From the NCBI GenBank assembly GCA_030141605.1, contig JAQGDQ010000237.1, positions 162,197 through 226,196 of the forward strand: DNA of 64,000 nt, given 5' to 3'. The DNA comes from Tubiluchus corallicola (lineage: Eukaryota > Animalia > Priapulida). Positions 13,006 to 25,358 of this stretch are shown here, in pieces. The notes beneath the pieces are model-generated. The model saw only the letters and a program-made list of their open reading frames with translations. It did not search any database and had not been told where the DNA came from. The position numbers and the translations under genes are program-made. Positions within the stretch are counted from its first letter, which is position 1, and every line of letters begins with the position of its first letter.

Positions 13006-16000
13006 CTGCAAACACTCTTTCGTAGTAATCAGAGACGAGAGTCACGTGAAAACTGTAGTAACCGGAAACTGGAGTGATGAAAATACCGGATGTCGGATCA
13101 TAAGCACCTCCTCGATTGCTTGTGGTCGTTCCAAAGACGATGGTGCCTTTTGCCGGAATCACTGCATCAGTACCAACAGTTGCAGAGAAGAACACAGAAG
13201 AGCTCTCTGTAAAACAATTTCAAGGTTCTAAATACCACTATTGCACTTAAAGAGTTGAATTAGACTCAAAGTCTCCACAATTCTCATCATCGTCGTTGTC
13301 GTCATCATTGTTTTCATCGTCACCATCATCATCATCAACAACATCATTATCATCATCACTTTCATATCATCATCATTATAATCACAGCCATTATCGTCGT
13401 CGTCATCATCTTCATCATCAACAACAACAACATCACCGTCGTCGTCGTCGTCAACATCGGCATCATCGTCATTATCATCATCATATCGAAAAACACAAGT
13501 ATCACTTTTTATCACTGGACTACGTGTGTGATAATGTGTGAATGAGCCTTAGGAATCTTTTCATCACTCGCTCGTCACTGGGTGGACGAACGAGAGATGA
13601 GAAGCTTCTACTAATTTATATAACAGAGTGGGCAAATAAATAATTAAACTAGCCGACTGAAAGAAATGTTTAGAAAAAGATAATCTAGATACGGCTGATG
13701 TAGTCATAGACGTGACGGACAAATAAACTTACAGCAAACAGCTGTTAGCAACACAATGTTGTGAGTGTGTATGAAGTTTGAAGCTTTGCCAGAAATGTCG
13801 AGATTACTTCAGTTCTCGACCTGCATAGTTCGACACGAATAGATTACGTGTTCGTAAATTGGAAGGGCTGACTTTGCAAAGAATTCCCTCTCATAGGGGT
13901 CATGCATTTTTTGAGAATTTACAATAACCCTAACTTTGGGAAACCGCATCCGGAACAAAGAAACATTGACGCAGACTTGCAGACTCCTTTGTCACAGCAT
14001 TTACCTAATTAGGAATCAGTGAGTGATCATTCACAGGTTCTGAGACCATTAACCGGTCTTTAGAGTTCTGTAACTTTATTATGTATTCGTGATTAGCATT
14101 GTACACATGAACACAAAACATTCCAGGAAGAAAAAAGAAATATATATATATTTCTTTGCGTCTTTAAAATAACTAGGTCTATTTTATATATATATATATT
14201 ATATATATATATAAATAATATAAATAAAGTTATATTTAAGTTATATATATCTTATATATTCTTTGTTGAAAGAAATGCTTCAATTGATTTTACTTAGTGT
14301 GTTAACGAGCGTTTACTTAGGGCGAATAGCGAATCAGCAATGATTCGGAAGGGGGTAGAAATGCAGACAATGACCCAAAAGGGGGTAGAAATGCAGACAA
14401 TGACTCAAAAGGGGGTAGAAATGCAGACAATGACTCAAAAGGGGGTAGAAATGCAGACAATGACTCAGAAGGGGGTAGAAATGCAGACAATGACCCAAAA
14501 GGGGGTAGAAATGCAGACAATGACTCAAAAGGGGGTAGAAATGCAGACAATAACTCAAAAGGGGTTAGAAATGCAGACAATGACTCAAAAGGGGGTAGAA
14601 ATGCAGACAATGACTCAAAAGGGGATAGAAATGCAGACAATGACTTAAAAAGGGGTAGAAATGCAGACAATGACTCAAAAGGAGGTAGAAATGCAGACAA
14701 TGACACACAAAAGGGGTAGAAATGCAGACAATGACTCAGGAGGGGGTAGGAATGCAGACAATGCTCAAAGTGGGGTAGAAATGCAGACAGTTAGGCTCTC
14801 GGATTCATCAGACAAAACGCTCCAAGGAACAATGTTCGCCATTCGGTTTGCAGCTTCAATAAAAAATGGCTTCCCATAGACGTTGTTGTACAGATTTCTA
14901 ACATTGTACAGATCATGCTGTTTACAAGCGAGTCCAAGGAGGTTACAGTTCTCAGGAATCCAGAGGGTAAGTAAACGATCCTGGCACCTGTTTGGCGTAC
15001 AGCAGACGTACGCAGAGTTGTCTTCGTTAACTCAGAATCATTGCGCTATAGGCTGTATATAGAAAAGTTATGTAAACCGAAAGATATCCATAAATCTATT
15101 TTTGTCCTCAGAGAAAATTTTGCATATAATGTTAAGCGTTTTTGAGTAATCTAATGTTGCCGCCACAAAATTCCACGAAAACACAAGCTTTCTACTACAG
15201 CCTGCAATCCATTCAAATTCCAGCTGGGAAAATAATACTAACCATTCAAATTGCCAAAGTGAAATTCTACTATAATAAGTTTCAATAATGGTTTTTAAGA
15301 GCAAAATGAGCAAAATACGGTTGAAATCGAACTAGAAATTTATTTAAAAGCACGGAAACACGGAGTTTTAACTAAAATTTGCAAAAACGAAAACAATACT
15401 ACCGATTCAAATTATGAAAACGAAATTTCACTATAAAAACAAGTTTTGATGATAATGTTTAAGTGTAAAATGAGAGAAAAGATCTTATAATACAATTTGA
15501 GCATAGAGAAAAAAGAGCAGAAAAATTAGTAGTTAGTAAAACTGTAACAAGTTCATAGGTTAAAAGTATGTTAATGTGAAATCAATGTTCTAGGCTGATT
15601 AATACACACCTGCATTTCCATTTCCAAAGTTGATTCCGTCAATTTCTGTTCTCAATTCCTTTATATGCATGTCGTTTGCCCTTTTCACGTCGGCTATTGA
15701 ATTCTCTACTGTCACCCACTGACTTTGTTGAGCGCGTTTAACTTTTCTCATTTTTCTGTCAAGTTTTTTCAACTTTTCATTCACAGTGGTTACCATTTTA
15801 CCGACTTCGTCCAAAATTTTCGGGTCAGCTTCATTTATGTCGGAAATCACATTGGAAGTCCGTCGAAAATTTGGCCAGACGGACTTGACAGATTTGCGCA
15901 TTTTTCGCAACTCTCTGATGAGTTTTGAATTGTTTTGCATCTCTGACTGGAGTTGAGATAATGTTTCGTCCAGACGTACAAGTCTGTATGCTAAACCACC

Positions 16001-17587
16001 TATTTGCTTATCCTGTGTTGCCTGAGTTGAATTAATTCCAAGTAGAGACATCCTGAGGAAATCTAGGTACTGCTCGAGGTTTGTTAAATTAGATTTTAAT
16101 TGTGCCATCAGCGCTGCAGTTTCTCTTTCGTGTTGCTGAATATATTCTGCGTGCATCGTAACATCACGTTTAATTCTGTCTAATTCGTACATCGTGCTGT
16201 TGTGCTCAGTTTCTAGCTGAGTCACTTTCCTCTCTGTATTGGCAAGGTTTCTCGATAGCTTTGAAGTCGTCTGGACGTGAGAATTGAACTTTCTCTTGAA
16301 ACCAAACATGTCCATTTCAAACTCGTTGAAGTCCTTCAAGTGGACATTGAATTTGTTCTCCAAACTCTGTAATTTTCGACCAGGATAACTAGGTCGGGAA
16401 TCACGTGGCTTCAAGTCTACAGGAGTTTCAAAGTTGGGGGAGAATTTTACGTCTTTTATGGCTTTCGTAAGTTCAGTTAACTGACTGATGATGTCGGTCT
16501 TTGCCGTCACGCATTCGAGGTAAAATTCTTCTCTTGTGTCGTTAAGCAAGGTTTCAAGATGTTCGTAGTTTATGTCATGATTCTGCTCAGCATCATCAAA
16601 ATACTTGTCTAAAAGTGCAGACACAGTTTTCTCATCAACACAGTCAACTTTGGGGATAGAGCACAAGGGTTTATCCTCAGAAGTCACACTGTTTGGTTTA
16701 AGTGGAAGAACGTCTTGGTCAAGTTTGTTTGACAAAGATGTCACGTGGTCGCTCAGCTGCTGAAAATGAGTGTCTAATCCAGAGAACGTCTTTTTTACTG
16801 AATCAGAGAAAGAGTTAATTAGTTCGACCGTTTCGTCAGCTTTGTCATCCACAGTTTCAACAATTGTTTCGGTACTGTCTGTCACCAGCTGTTGCAGTTC
16901 CTCTAGATGTTTCCGGTTTTTGCTTATGCCCGACTCCCTCCGATTAATAACCTCTCCGAGATTAACAACATTGCGGTTGAGATTGACAAAGCCATTACTG
17001 GTATTGGCACCAACGTTAGACGTTTGGACATGTAAGTCGACTATTTGTTCACTCAGATCTATAAACGACTGACTCACAGCATTACCATGTTCTGAAAGTC
17101 TCATACTCAAACTTTTGACAGAGTCCATCTGCTTATCGTGTCGCTGAATTGCAGCGTCTTCAGACCGAGACATATTTACAGTTAACTCCTCGAGCAAATT
17201 TGCTTGTTTTTCCACGGCATTTGCCAACTCGTCTAATTTTTCTAGTACCGGTTCCTGTGTGATTTCCGCCTTCCTTGATTCTATTGCATCAAGTCGCTCA
17301 GACAATGCATCTAGTTTCTTACCTAGATCGCTAAAAGGATTATGTTGATGAGTGTCATTAAACAAAACGCCAAGTATAGCCTTCACGATGTTCAATTCCT
17401 TTTTGCAGAGGCACTGAGACTCTGACTCATTCTCATCAGCAGGTTCTTCTAAAGAAAGGACACCAGTTCCTGATTCCATTCCGCCACCTTTTGGCGTGAA
17501 GGAGACGTAATCGTCTGTCAGCGGCCACAACGCATTTGTCATCGATGTTGTCATCATCAGTATCACAGCTGTTAATGGTAATCGCAT
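13006..17587 (-). CDS. Secreted coiled-coil plus C1q domain-containing protein (C1qDC; multimerin/EMILIN-like architecture); exons 17587-15610 and 13206-13006, final exon not located
   Basis: Signal peptide MRLPLTAVILMMTTSMTNA and ~600 aa of heptad-rich sequence. A phase-1 splice joins an exon with gC1q motifs VFFSA...IVF...NRGGAYDPTSGIFITPVSGYYSFHV. Confidence 0.85.
13285..13485. repeat. Compound (CAT/CGT/CAA)n microsatellite
   Basis: Visible trinucleotide runs in the C1qDC intron. Confidence 0.9.
14338..14789. repeat. 30-bp minisatellite (CAATGACTCAAAAGGGGGTAGAAATGCAGA), ~15 copies
   Basis: Visible tandem array in the C1qDC intron. Confidence 0.97.
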
Positions 17588-18427
17588 TTTGCTTTAGCGT
17601 GCAAAACAAGACAGTTTAATGAAGAACTTCAAAACAGCTACTGACTTATTTTATCAAACTCGTCAAAACAGTTTTCCAGTTATTTTCATGACAAAGTCAA
17701 TTAGCAAACGTAATTACATCCAGCTTCATTGCGCTATTTTTTACGAGTTTTAGGCATAATACGAAAGTAAATTATACAAATAAAAAACACATTTATCTAT
17801 AGTTACTCTTTCAATTCCACACCATAGATGTTCAAAATTCGCACACCGATAACTGTCTCGCGCACGAATTCCCCCAAAATGTCATCAAACTTTTGAGTCA
17901 TCACACAACGACCGAAGCGGGATGTGAGACAACTTCCTTCCTTCCTTTGGCGTTACAACGGAATTTTCAAATATATCACTTGTAGCTGCTTATCCTCATT
18001 AATTTTACTTTCTGCCCAGGCGCATGTTTTATAGAAATACAAGCTTCTATAACAAACCACATTTAATTCGCAGAAGCATTGAGTTAAGTGTTAAAACTAT
18101 GAACTTGGTTGGTTTGCGCTGTCGAAAATACCCACTTCATTGATGTTGTGTGTAACTGAAGCCAGAGGAGCGGGTTTCACTAATTTAAAGAATGAAGATC
18201 TAATCTAATATAGCCTCAGTTTTTCATTGGGAAGTGGGAGTGTCTGCAGGATCACCCAGAACTGAGCGTCAATGAAGCAGAAGTGGGCGGGTACATAACT
18301 GAAACTGATAGCTCAGTGCAGAGTAAAAACAGGCGTTTTTTAAGCTATTTAATGAAAAAAAGGTGCAGGCGAGCTAGCATTCTGTTCTGTATGTACTAAT
18401 ACATACAGTCTTCAAAGTTGATTATCT

Positions 18428-18630
18428 GTTGCTGATGCTGCTACCTGCGGCTACTACAGCTGTCGCTGTTCCTGCTGTTGCTGCTGCTGCTATAATTGCT
18501 TACTACTCTTCATGTCTGTTACTGTTACAGTTGTAGCTGCTGCTAATACTTATTATTGCTTCTGTTACTGTTGCAGTTGCAGCTGCTGTCGTCGTCATCG
18601 TCGTCGTCGTCGTCGTTGTTGTTGTTGTTG

Positions 18631-18672
<42 letters not shown>

Positions 18673-18790
18673 TCGTCGTCGTCATTCATCGTTGTTGTTG
18701 TTGTTGTGGTTGCTGTTGCTGCTGTCGATGTTGTTGTGTTGCTACTGTTGTTGCTGCTGCTGCCAGAGAGACGATGACGATTATGATGGA
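18428..18790. repeat. Compound (GCT/GTT/GTC)n microsatellite
   Basis: Visible trinucleotide runs. Confidence 0.9.
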
Positions 18791-20669
18791 AATGTCTTTC
18801 TACGCAACCCGACATTAACTCACAGCACGCAAATGATAACTTTCACCAGTGAGAGTTAAATTTTTTCTTTATTATTCACTTCATTATTTTGGTAACCATA
18901 CGCACGGTTTTTCAGCTGTGCCTTTTCACAAATAAACAAAGAGCAGTCGAATACAAAATAAACAAAACGATTGTAAGCGATAAGGATTCAAAGGGAAGGG
19001 TGTTGAAGAAAAGGTTGTTTAACTAGTAACTTGTGTGAAATGGAAATCAAGAAATAGGATTTCTTCTGAGCCTTTAGTCAAGAAAAACAAATTTCAGCAA
19101 TCATCTGTTCAAAAAGAACGTCTATAGCACAAATGTTTGTAAATATGATTACGGTTCGAAACCAAGACTGCTCTGCCCCTATGGGCGTTCCTAAATCGAG
19201 TAATTTCTTAAATAACTGCACCATTTCAACAAACCGTGGACAAAAAATTTCAAATATGAGAGCATCATAAATAAAAATAAACACGGAGAAAAAGTCTTAA
19301 AACCCCCTTATGAGGCACCGTAAAATGCCACGTCGATTCATGAATTTGGTGAGTATTATCTTGTTTTGCAAAGTAGCCATCCGTTTTAACTTTGCTTATT
19401 TATGCAAATCAGTAAGGATTATTGCTTATTTGGACATGCTAATTTAGATAACAGTTTCCGGATGGGAAGTAATTCGTGTGAAAAAATTTAATTTTCGTCT
19501 TCCAATAGACAGGAACGACTAACTTGCTTTCATGAACTTTGCGACCGCGACTCATTGCTTAGTACTGCTGGGCGATCTGGTCTCTCAAGCCAAACCAGCA
19601 CTGAAGAGACTAGAGATGTGGCATATTTTAACTCCATAATATGTCAAAATATTATCTTTTCTTTCCGTCGGAACGGGTTCTGCAAACTTGCAAGTGTCAA
19701 AGTTGTACAGTAGATGATTGAAGTGGGCATATAAGTCCTTTCCTTGTTTTTGCTCAGAGAAAGAGACTTGAATAAACACATACAACTCGCAAGAGATGTA
19801 AACCGATACGATTTGTATAATGTGATCCAAGTTGCTAAACGTAAAACAGGTGGACAGCGGGGTACAATTTATAACTCACAAACGCCAAAATAAGTCTTTA
19901 GTGGCCAATAAACAAAGCTGCTGGTTCCCAGGAACTTTCCTGTTTATTAGTCAATAAATCACCGATCAAGTAATTTTCGCAAATTTATCACCAAACAAGT
20001 TAACCTGTTTGTTTTCTTTACCTTCTGGGAACGTAACTAATTGACATTGTGTTACTTGAGAGAAGCTTTCAACAAGGATTTCTGAGTGGCAGCATTAAAT
20101 TTTGTTTGCCTTATTCAGCAGAATTTAAGCAGAACTGCGTAATTCTTGGAAAAGCAATGCGGTCGTGCAGTAGAATTGTTTCATTTTTGCCGCTAAATTG
20201 TTATATGGCTGTTGCATTAGCGACATCTAGCGTGCAAAATAAAAATACATTTTAATCGCAAGTTCACAAGAACTGTTGAATCATACTTAAAACGATTTTT
20301 TCAAGAATGCACCTCAGCCATCTAGCGTTGAGTCTTTTAGTTTTTTGTTCGTTGTTAAGCATATAATTTCAGGTATTCAAAAATCTTATATAAAAATCAC
20401 AAGAAATACAAGAAATGCATGCGTAGGTTACTGCGCGGCATGATAGGCCCACTGACGATCTATACCAGTTTCTGATTTGCTTCATTTTTAGTATTTCAAC
20501 TCATTCACACTATTGTTATTAATTTATAAGGCGTAAATCTTCTCAGCTGTTAGTACCAGATATATGCTTCCATATATATCCTCTTATACTCTCATATTTC
20601 GGCTTTTGTGACTACTTTATTAAACAGGCTAATTATGTGATTTCTATACCACGATTGAAAATGCGTTAC

Positions 20670-20676
20670 TATTGTT

Positions 20677-20733
<57 letters not shown>

Positions 20734-20772
20734 ATCATTATCATTATCATTATCATTATCATTATCATTATC

Positions 20773-20811
<39 letters not shown>
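20670..20811. repeat. (GTT)n(ATCATT)n microsatellite
   Basis: Visible. Confidence 0.95.
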
Positions 20812-20812
<1 letters not shown>

Positions 20813-21217
20813 AAATTATGGACACCAGTTTATAGGTTATAATTTTAGTGTAAGTTCTATCATTACGAAAGACTCAGCCAGTTACGCGGCGACATCTGTT
20901 ATCAAAATGAGGAAGGATAAATTACGTGATGTGAGACTTAGAGCGAATATCAGTAGGAAGTTTCAATAACAATAACAACATAAATAACTACTTCCAGAAA
21001 GGTACAAGCATTTTTTTACAATCACCGATTTTTCTTCTACAATTTGATTTTCACTAAATACTTTTAGGGTAAATGTAAAAATGCATAGGACTCTTATTAT
21101 ACGACTCACAATACGCTAAACAATACGCTAATCGCGTTGGTACTTTGTTAACAGCGCACCCTTTTGGGAAGAACTCGCTTCAGCTTTACCATGAACAGAA
21201 AGAATATAAATGATATT

Positions 21218-21406
<189 letters not shown>

Positions 21407-22015
21407 CGTCTTTAAAAACTGATTAGCAAACCGTTTGCTTTTTCCCAGTATTAGATTAAGATTAGTATTATTTCAAACAACCCTTAGTCAAATTTATACT
21501 TTTTAATAGTATGAGAATCTCTCAATCTAGACTCTCAAATAGATTTCAAGAAGTTATGTTTACTATGTAATTGAAGGTTAAATTCTTTCATTTTATTACC
21601 TGTAAAGATGTTTTTTACATTTTTATAAACCAACGAAAACATTTTTTAGTTAGATCAGGACAAAGTGAAAAGTTAAGCTATAACTTTATTCATTGGTATC
21701 CTACACCAATTGATCCTATTCGTTTCTCGGACTTCTTCATGTCAGGGTCGTTCATTCATTGGCCTGGCAGTTTACTTGATGTACAGCGAAGGTTAGGATT
21801 AGAGATCTAGATTTGAGCCCAACATTTTGTCACAATGGTTCATATTTTCGGAGACGTCTTTTGATGGAAAACCAGTGCGATTTGCAACTAACGGACTGTG
21901 CGGCCACTGAAACGGAAATTCAGTATGAGAAATCACCGCATAGGCTCAGGAACATTGTCCATTGGACTAAAAGATCTCGAAATTTCGATTTAGTTTCTGT
22001 AAATTTGGAGATAAT

Positions 22016-23301
22016 AAGTCGGAATTTCGAGTCACTAAGTCGAAATTTGTGTTCCTAAGTCGGAATTTCGAGTCACTAAGTCGAAATTTGAGTTCCTAAG
22101 TCGGAACTTCGAGTCACTAAGTCGAAATTTGAGTTCCTAAGTCGGAATTTCGAGTCAGTAAGTCGAAATTTGAGTTCCTAAGTCGGAATTTCGAGTCACT
22201 AAGTCGAAATTTGTGTTCCTAAGTCGGAATTTCGAGTCACTAAGTCGAAATTTGTGTTCCTAAGTCGGAATTTCGAGTCACTAAGTCGAAATTTGTGTTC
22301 CTAAGTCGGAATTTCGAGTCATTAAGTCGAAATTTGTGTTCCTAAGTCGGAATTTCGAGTCACCAAGTCGAAATTTTAGTTCCTAAGTCGGAATTTCGAG
22401 TCACCAAGTCGAAATTTTAGTTCCTAAGTCGGAATTTCGAGTCACTAAGTCGAAATTTGAGTTCCTAAGTCGGAATTTCGAGTCACTAAATCGAAATTTG
22501 AGTTCCTAAGTCGGAATTTCGAGTCACTAAGTCGAAATTTGTGTTCCAAAGTCGGAATTTCGAGTCACTAAGTCGAAATTTGAGTTCCTAAGTCGGAATT
22601 TCGAGTCACTAAGTCAAAATTTGAGTTCCTAAGTCGGAATTTCGAGTCACTAAGTCGAAATTTGTGTTCAAGTCGGAATTTCGAGTCACTAAGTCGAAAT
22701 TTGAGTTCCTAAGTCGGAATTTCGAGTCACTAAGTCGAAATTTGTGTTCCTAAGTCGGAATTTCGAGTCACTAAGTCAAAATTTGAGTTCCTAAGTCGGA
22801 ATTTCGAGTCACTAAGTCGAAATTTGTGTTCCTAAGTCGGAATTTCGAGTCACTAAGTCGAAATTTGAGTTCCTAAGTCGGAATTTCGAGTCACTAAGTC
22901 GAAATTTGAGTTCCTAAGTCGGAATTTCGAGTCACTAAGTCGAAATTTGAGTTCCTAAGTCGGAATTTCAAGTCACTAAGTCGAAATTTGAGTTCCTAAG
23001 TCGGAATTTCGAGTCACTAAGTCAAAATCTGAGTTCCTAAGTCGGAATTTCGAGTCACTAAGTCGAAATTTGTGTTCCAAAGTCGGAATTTCGAGTCACT
23101 AAGTCGAAATTTGAGTTCCTAAGTCGGAATTTCGAGCCACTAAGTCGAAATTTGTGTTCCAAAGTCGGAATTTCGAGTCACTAAGTCGAAATTTGAGTTC
23201 CTAAGTCGGAATTTCGAGTCACTAAGTCGAAATTTGTGTTCCAAAGTCGGAATTTCGAGTCACTAAGTCGAAATTTGAGTTCCTAAGTCGGAATTTCGAG
23301 T
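22016..23301. repeat. 41-bp satellite (21+20-bp related subunits), ~31 copies
   Basis: Unit AAGTCGGAATTTCGAGTCACT-AAGTCGAAATTTG(A/T)GTTCCT. No unique spacers, so not a CRISPR array. Confidence 0.97.
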
Positions 23302-24621
23302 TAATACATTTATTTTTTACTTTTACTATGTCCCTAACAAGCCACCGTAATTTCAATTAACTAGTTGTAAATGCTATCACTGCTCAATAGATAAACGGAA
23401 GTGGTGCTGACAAGCCACTGGCGTAGCAGTGTCTAGTTTTTTGTTGGATTACTGCTGCGTTTACCTGTCTGAAGGCAGATTTCTTTTATTTTAGAATTCT
23501 GCCTGCCCAATGTCTACAATAGACGTGATGGGCGTATGATGATGATGAATAGATAAACACCAATTCTTACCTTACAAAATTTAGAAGTAGCCTCAGGTAG
23601 GCCTACACCAATTGGGAAAAAAGTTCGCTTTAGTTCTTTCTTTATTAAGACTCTCATGGCAGGCAAAATTTTGTTTTGACTATTTGACCATCACGTGATT
23701 TAAGGCGGCGTGTCTTGTCAAATTATTAAGTTAAAAAGCTCTTAATTCACAGTTCGCTTTCTGGCAGTTGACAAAGGTAAAATTTATAACTTACAAGGAC
23801 AGCAAAAATACCGAGTTTTCAATTCTTTGGGATTCGGTTCGGGGTTTCTATATTCTTGGGAACTCTGCGAATCCTTTGGGTATTAAAATAGCTGGAAGCG
23901 CAAAAAATACACTGTTTTGTTGACACAGCTTGCTGACTCATGCTGTATAAGGGATAATATAATACCTCTAACTTTTCAAGTGGGAATGTTCACTATAGAG
24001 GATGGCCAGGCTACTTTTATTCTAGGGGTAAAGCGAAGTTCGTTCGGAAGCATAAACAGTTACAGATAAACAATAAATTTTGACGTTGACTTTATGGCTT
24101 AACAGAAATTACAAGTGACACCTGTTTTTGTACTTAAGCTTAATGCTTGTCTCAGTAGTTTAATAGCCCAGAAAAATTTGTCACAAGACCGGAAGAAACA
24201 ACGCCCGTCCGAAAAATCTTCCGAGTGTTTGAATACTATATATATATGCGGGCGGATCGCGTTTGCGGAAAAGGGGGTTTTTACTTAGAACGCGCGATAA
24301 AACAAAACCAAATTTTGGATAATATTTATACAAAACGCCTTCACAGTATACGCAAATGAATAAAAACTTGTTTCCTAGAAGTCAAAAAATTATGAAATAA
24401 ACATTCGACAGCGTCGTGTTATTTTAGCCTTGATTTATTAATTCTGCATCCGGTCTAACTTAACTTCCGACCTTCAGTCATACGGGCCTCTAGCTGACTA
24501 TTTACAAGGCACCTGGATAGATTATTACCCTGCTGGTTCTGTGCGTTTAAAGTCTAGCCGGTTTGAGTTCAGTTTTCCTGGATCTTGTACTTTTCAATTT
24601 AGAAAAAAAGCAGCATTAACC

Positions 24622-25159
24622 ATGAGTCTTAGAAGTTTAATGAGGGCTGTCCCAGCCTCAAAGGTAAGATTCAAATATTTTTTTATTTACGTTTACGCCT
24701 GTAAGTATGAATTTTTACTTCTATTGTAAGGCATAGTCAGGAAACATGTCAATTTTAATTTTAAACGTTACACTGTAGATCTATATTTAAGCAAAAAACT
24801 TTTGGATAAAACTGAAATTTCTTAAGAATTTTTGTGTAAATTTGGTGGACTTACTTGCATATTGTATGCACGAAAAAAACGCTAAAAATGATGGGCTTAC
24901 TTGCATATAGTATGTATGCGCGAAACGCCAAAAAATGACAGCCACGCACGTCTGTCATTCATTCTTTAATAAAATTAAATTAGCTGCTAAACCTTTAATG
25001 TTCTTCTTGTTGCTACTGTCTGCATGATTTTTCTATGTTGCGAAGTGTTTAATTGGTATATCCTTTGAAATTTAACAGCCATTAATGACGTTGAATCCCT
25101 GAACTAGATCGCATTATTGTTTTTACTATTGTCACACACAATATCCTTGACACCTCCTT

Positions 25160-25213
<54 letters not shown>

Positions 25214-25301
25214 CTCTCTCGCTCTTTTTCTCTCTCTCTCTCTCTCGCTCTTTTTCTCTCTCTCTCTCTCTCGCTCTTTTTCTCTCTCTCTCTCTCTCGC
25301 T

Positions 25302-25358
<57 letters not shown>

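Noticed and set aside
14317-14879. Repetitive ORFs (SLSAFLPPFE / MQTMTQKGVE)
   Set aside because: Translations of a 30-bp intronic minisatellite with no splice support.
19585-19830. 81-aa minus-strand ORF
   Set aside because: No recognisable homology or convincing splice context.
22016-23301. CRISPR-like regular array
   Set aside because: No unique spacers, no cas genes, eukaryotic context; it is a satellite.
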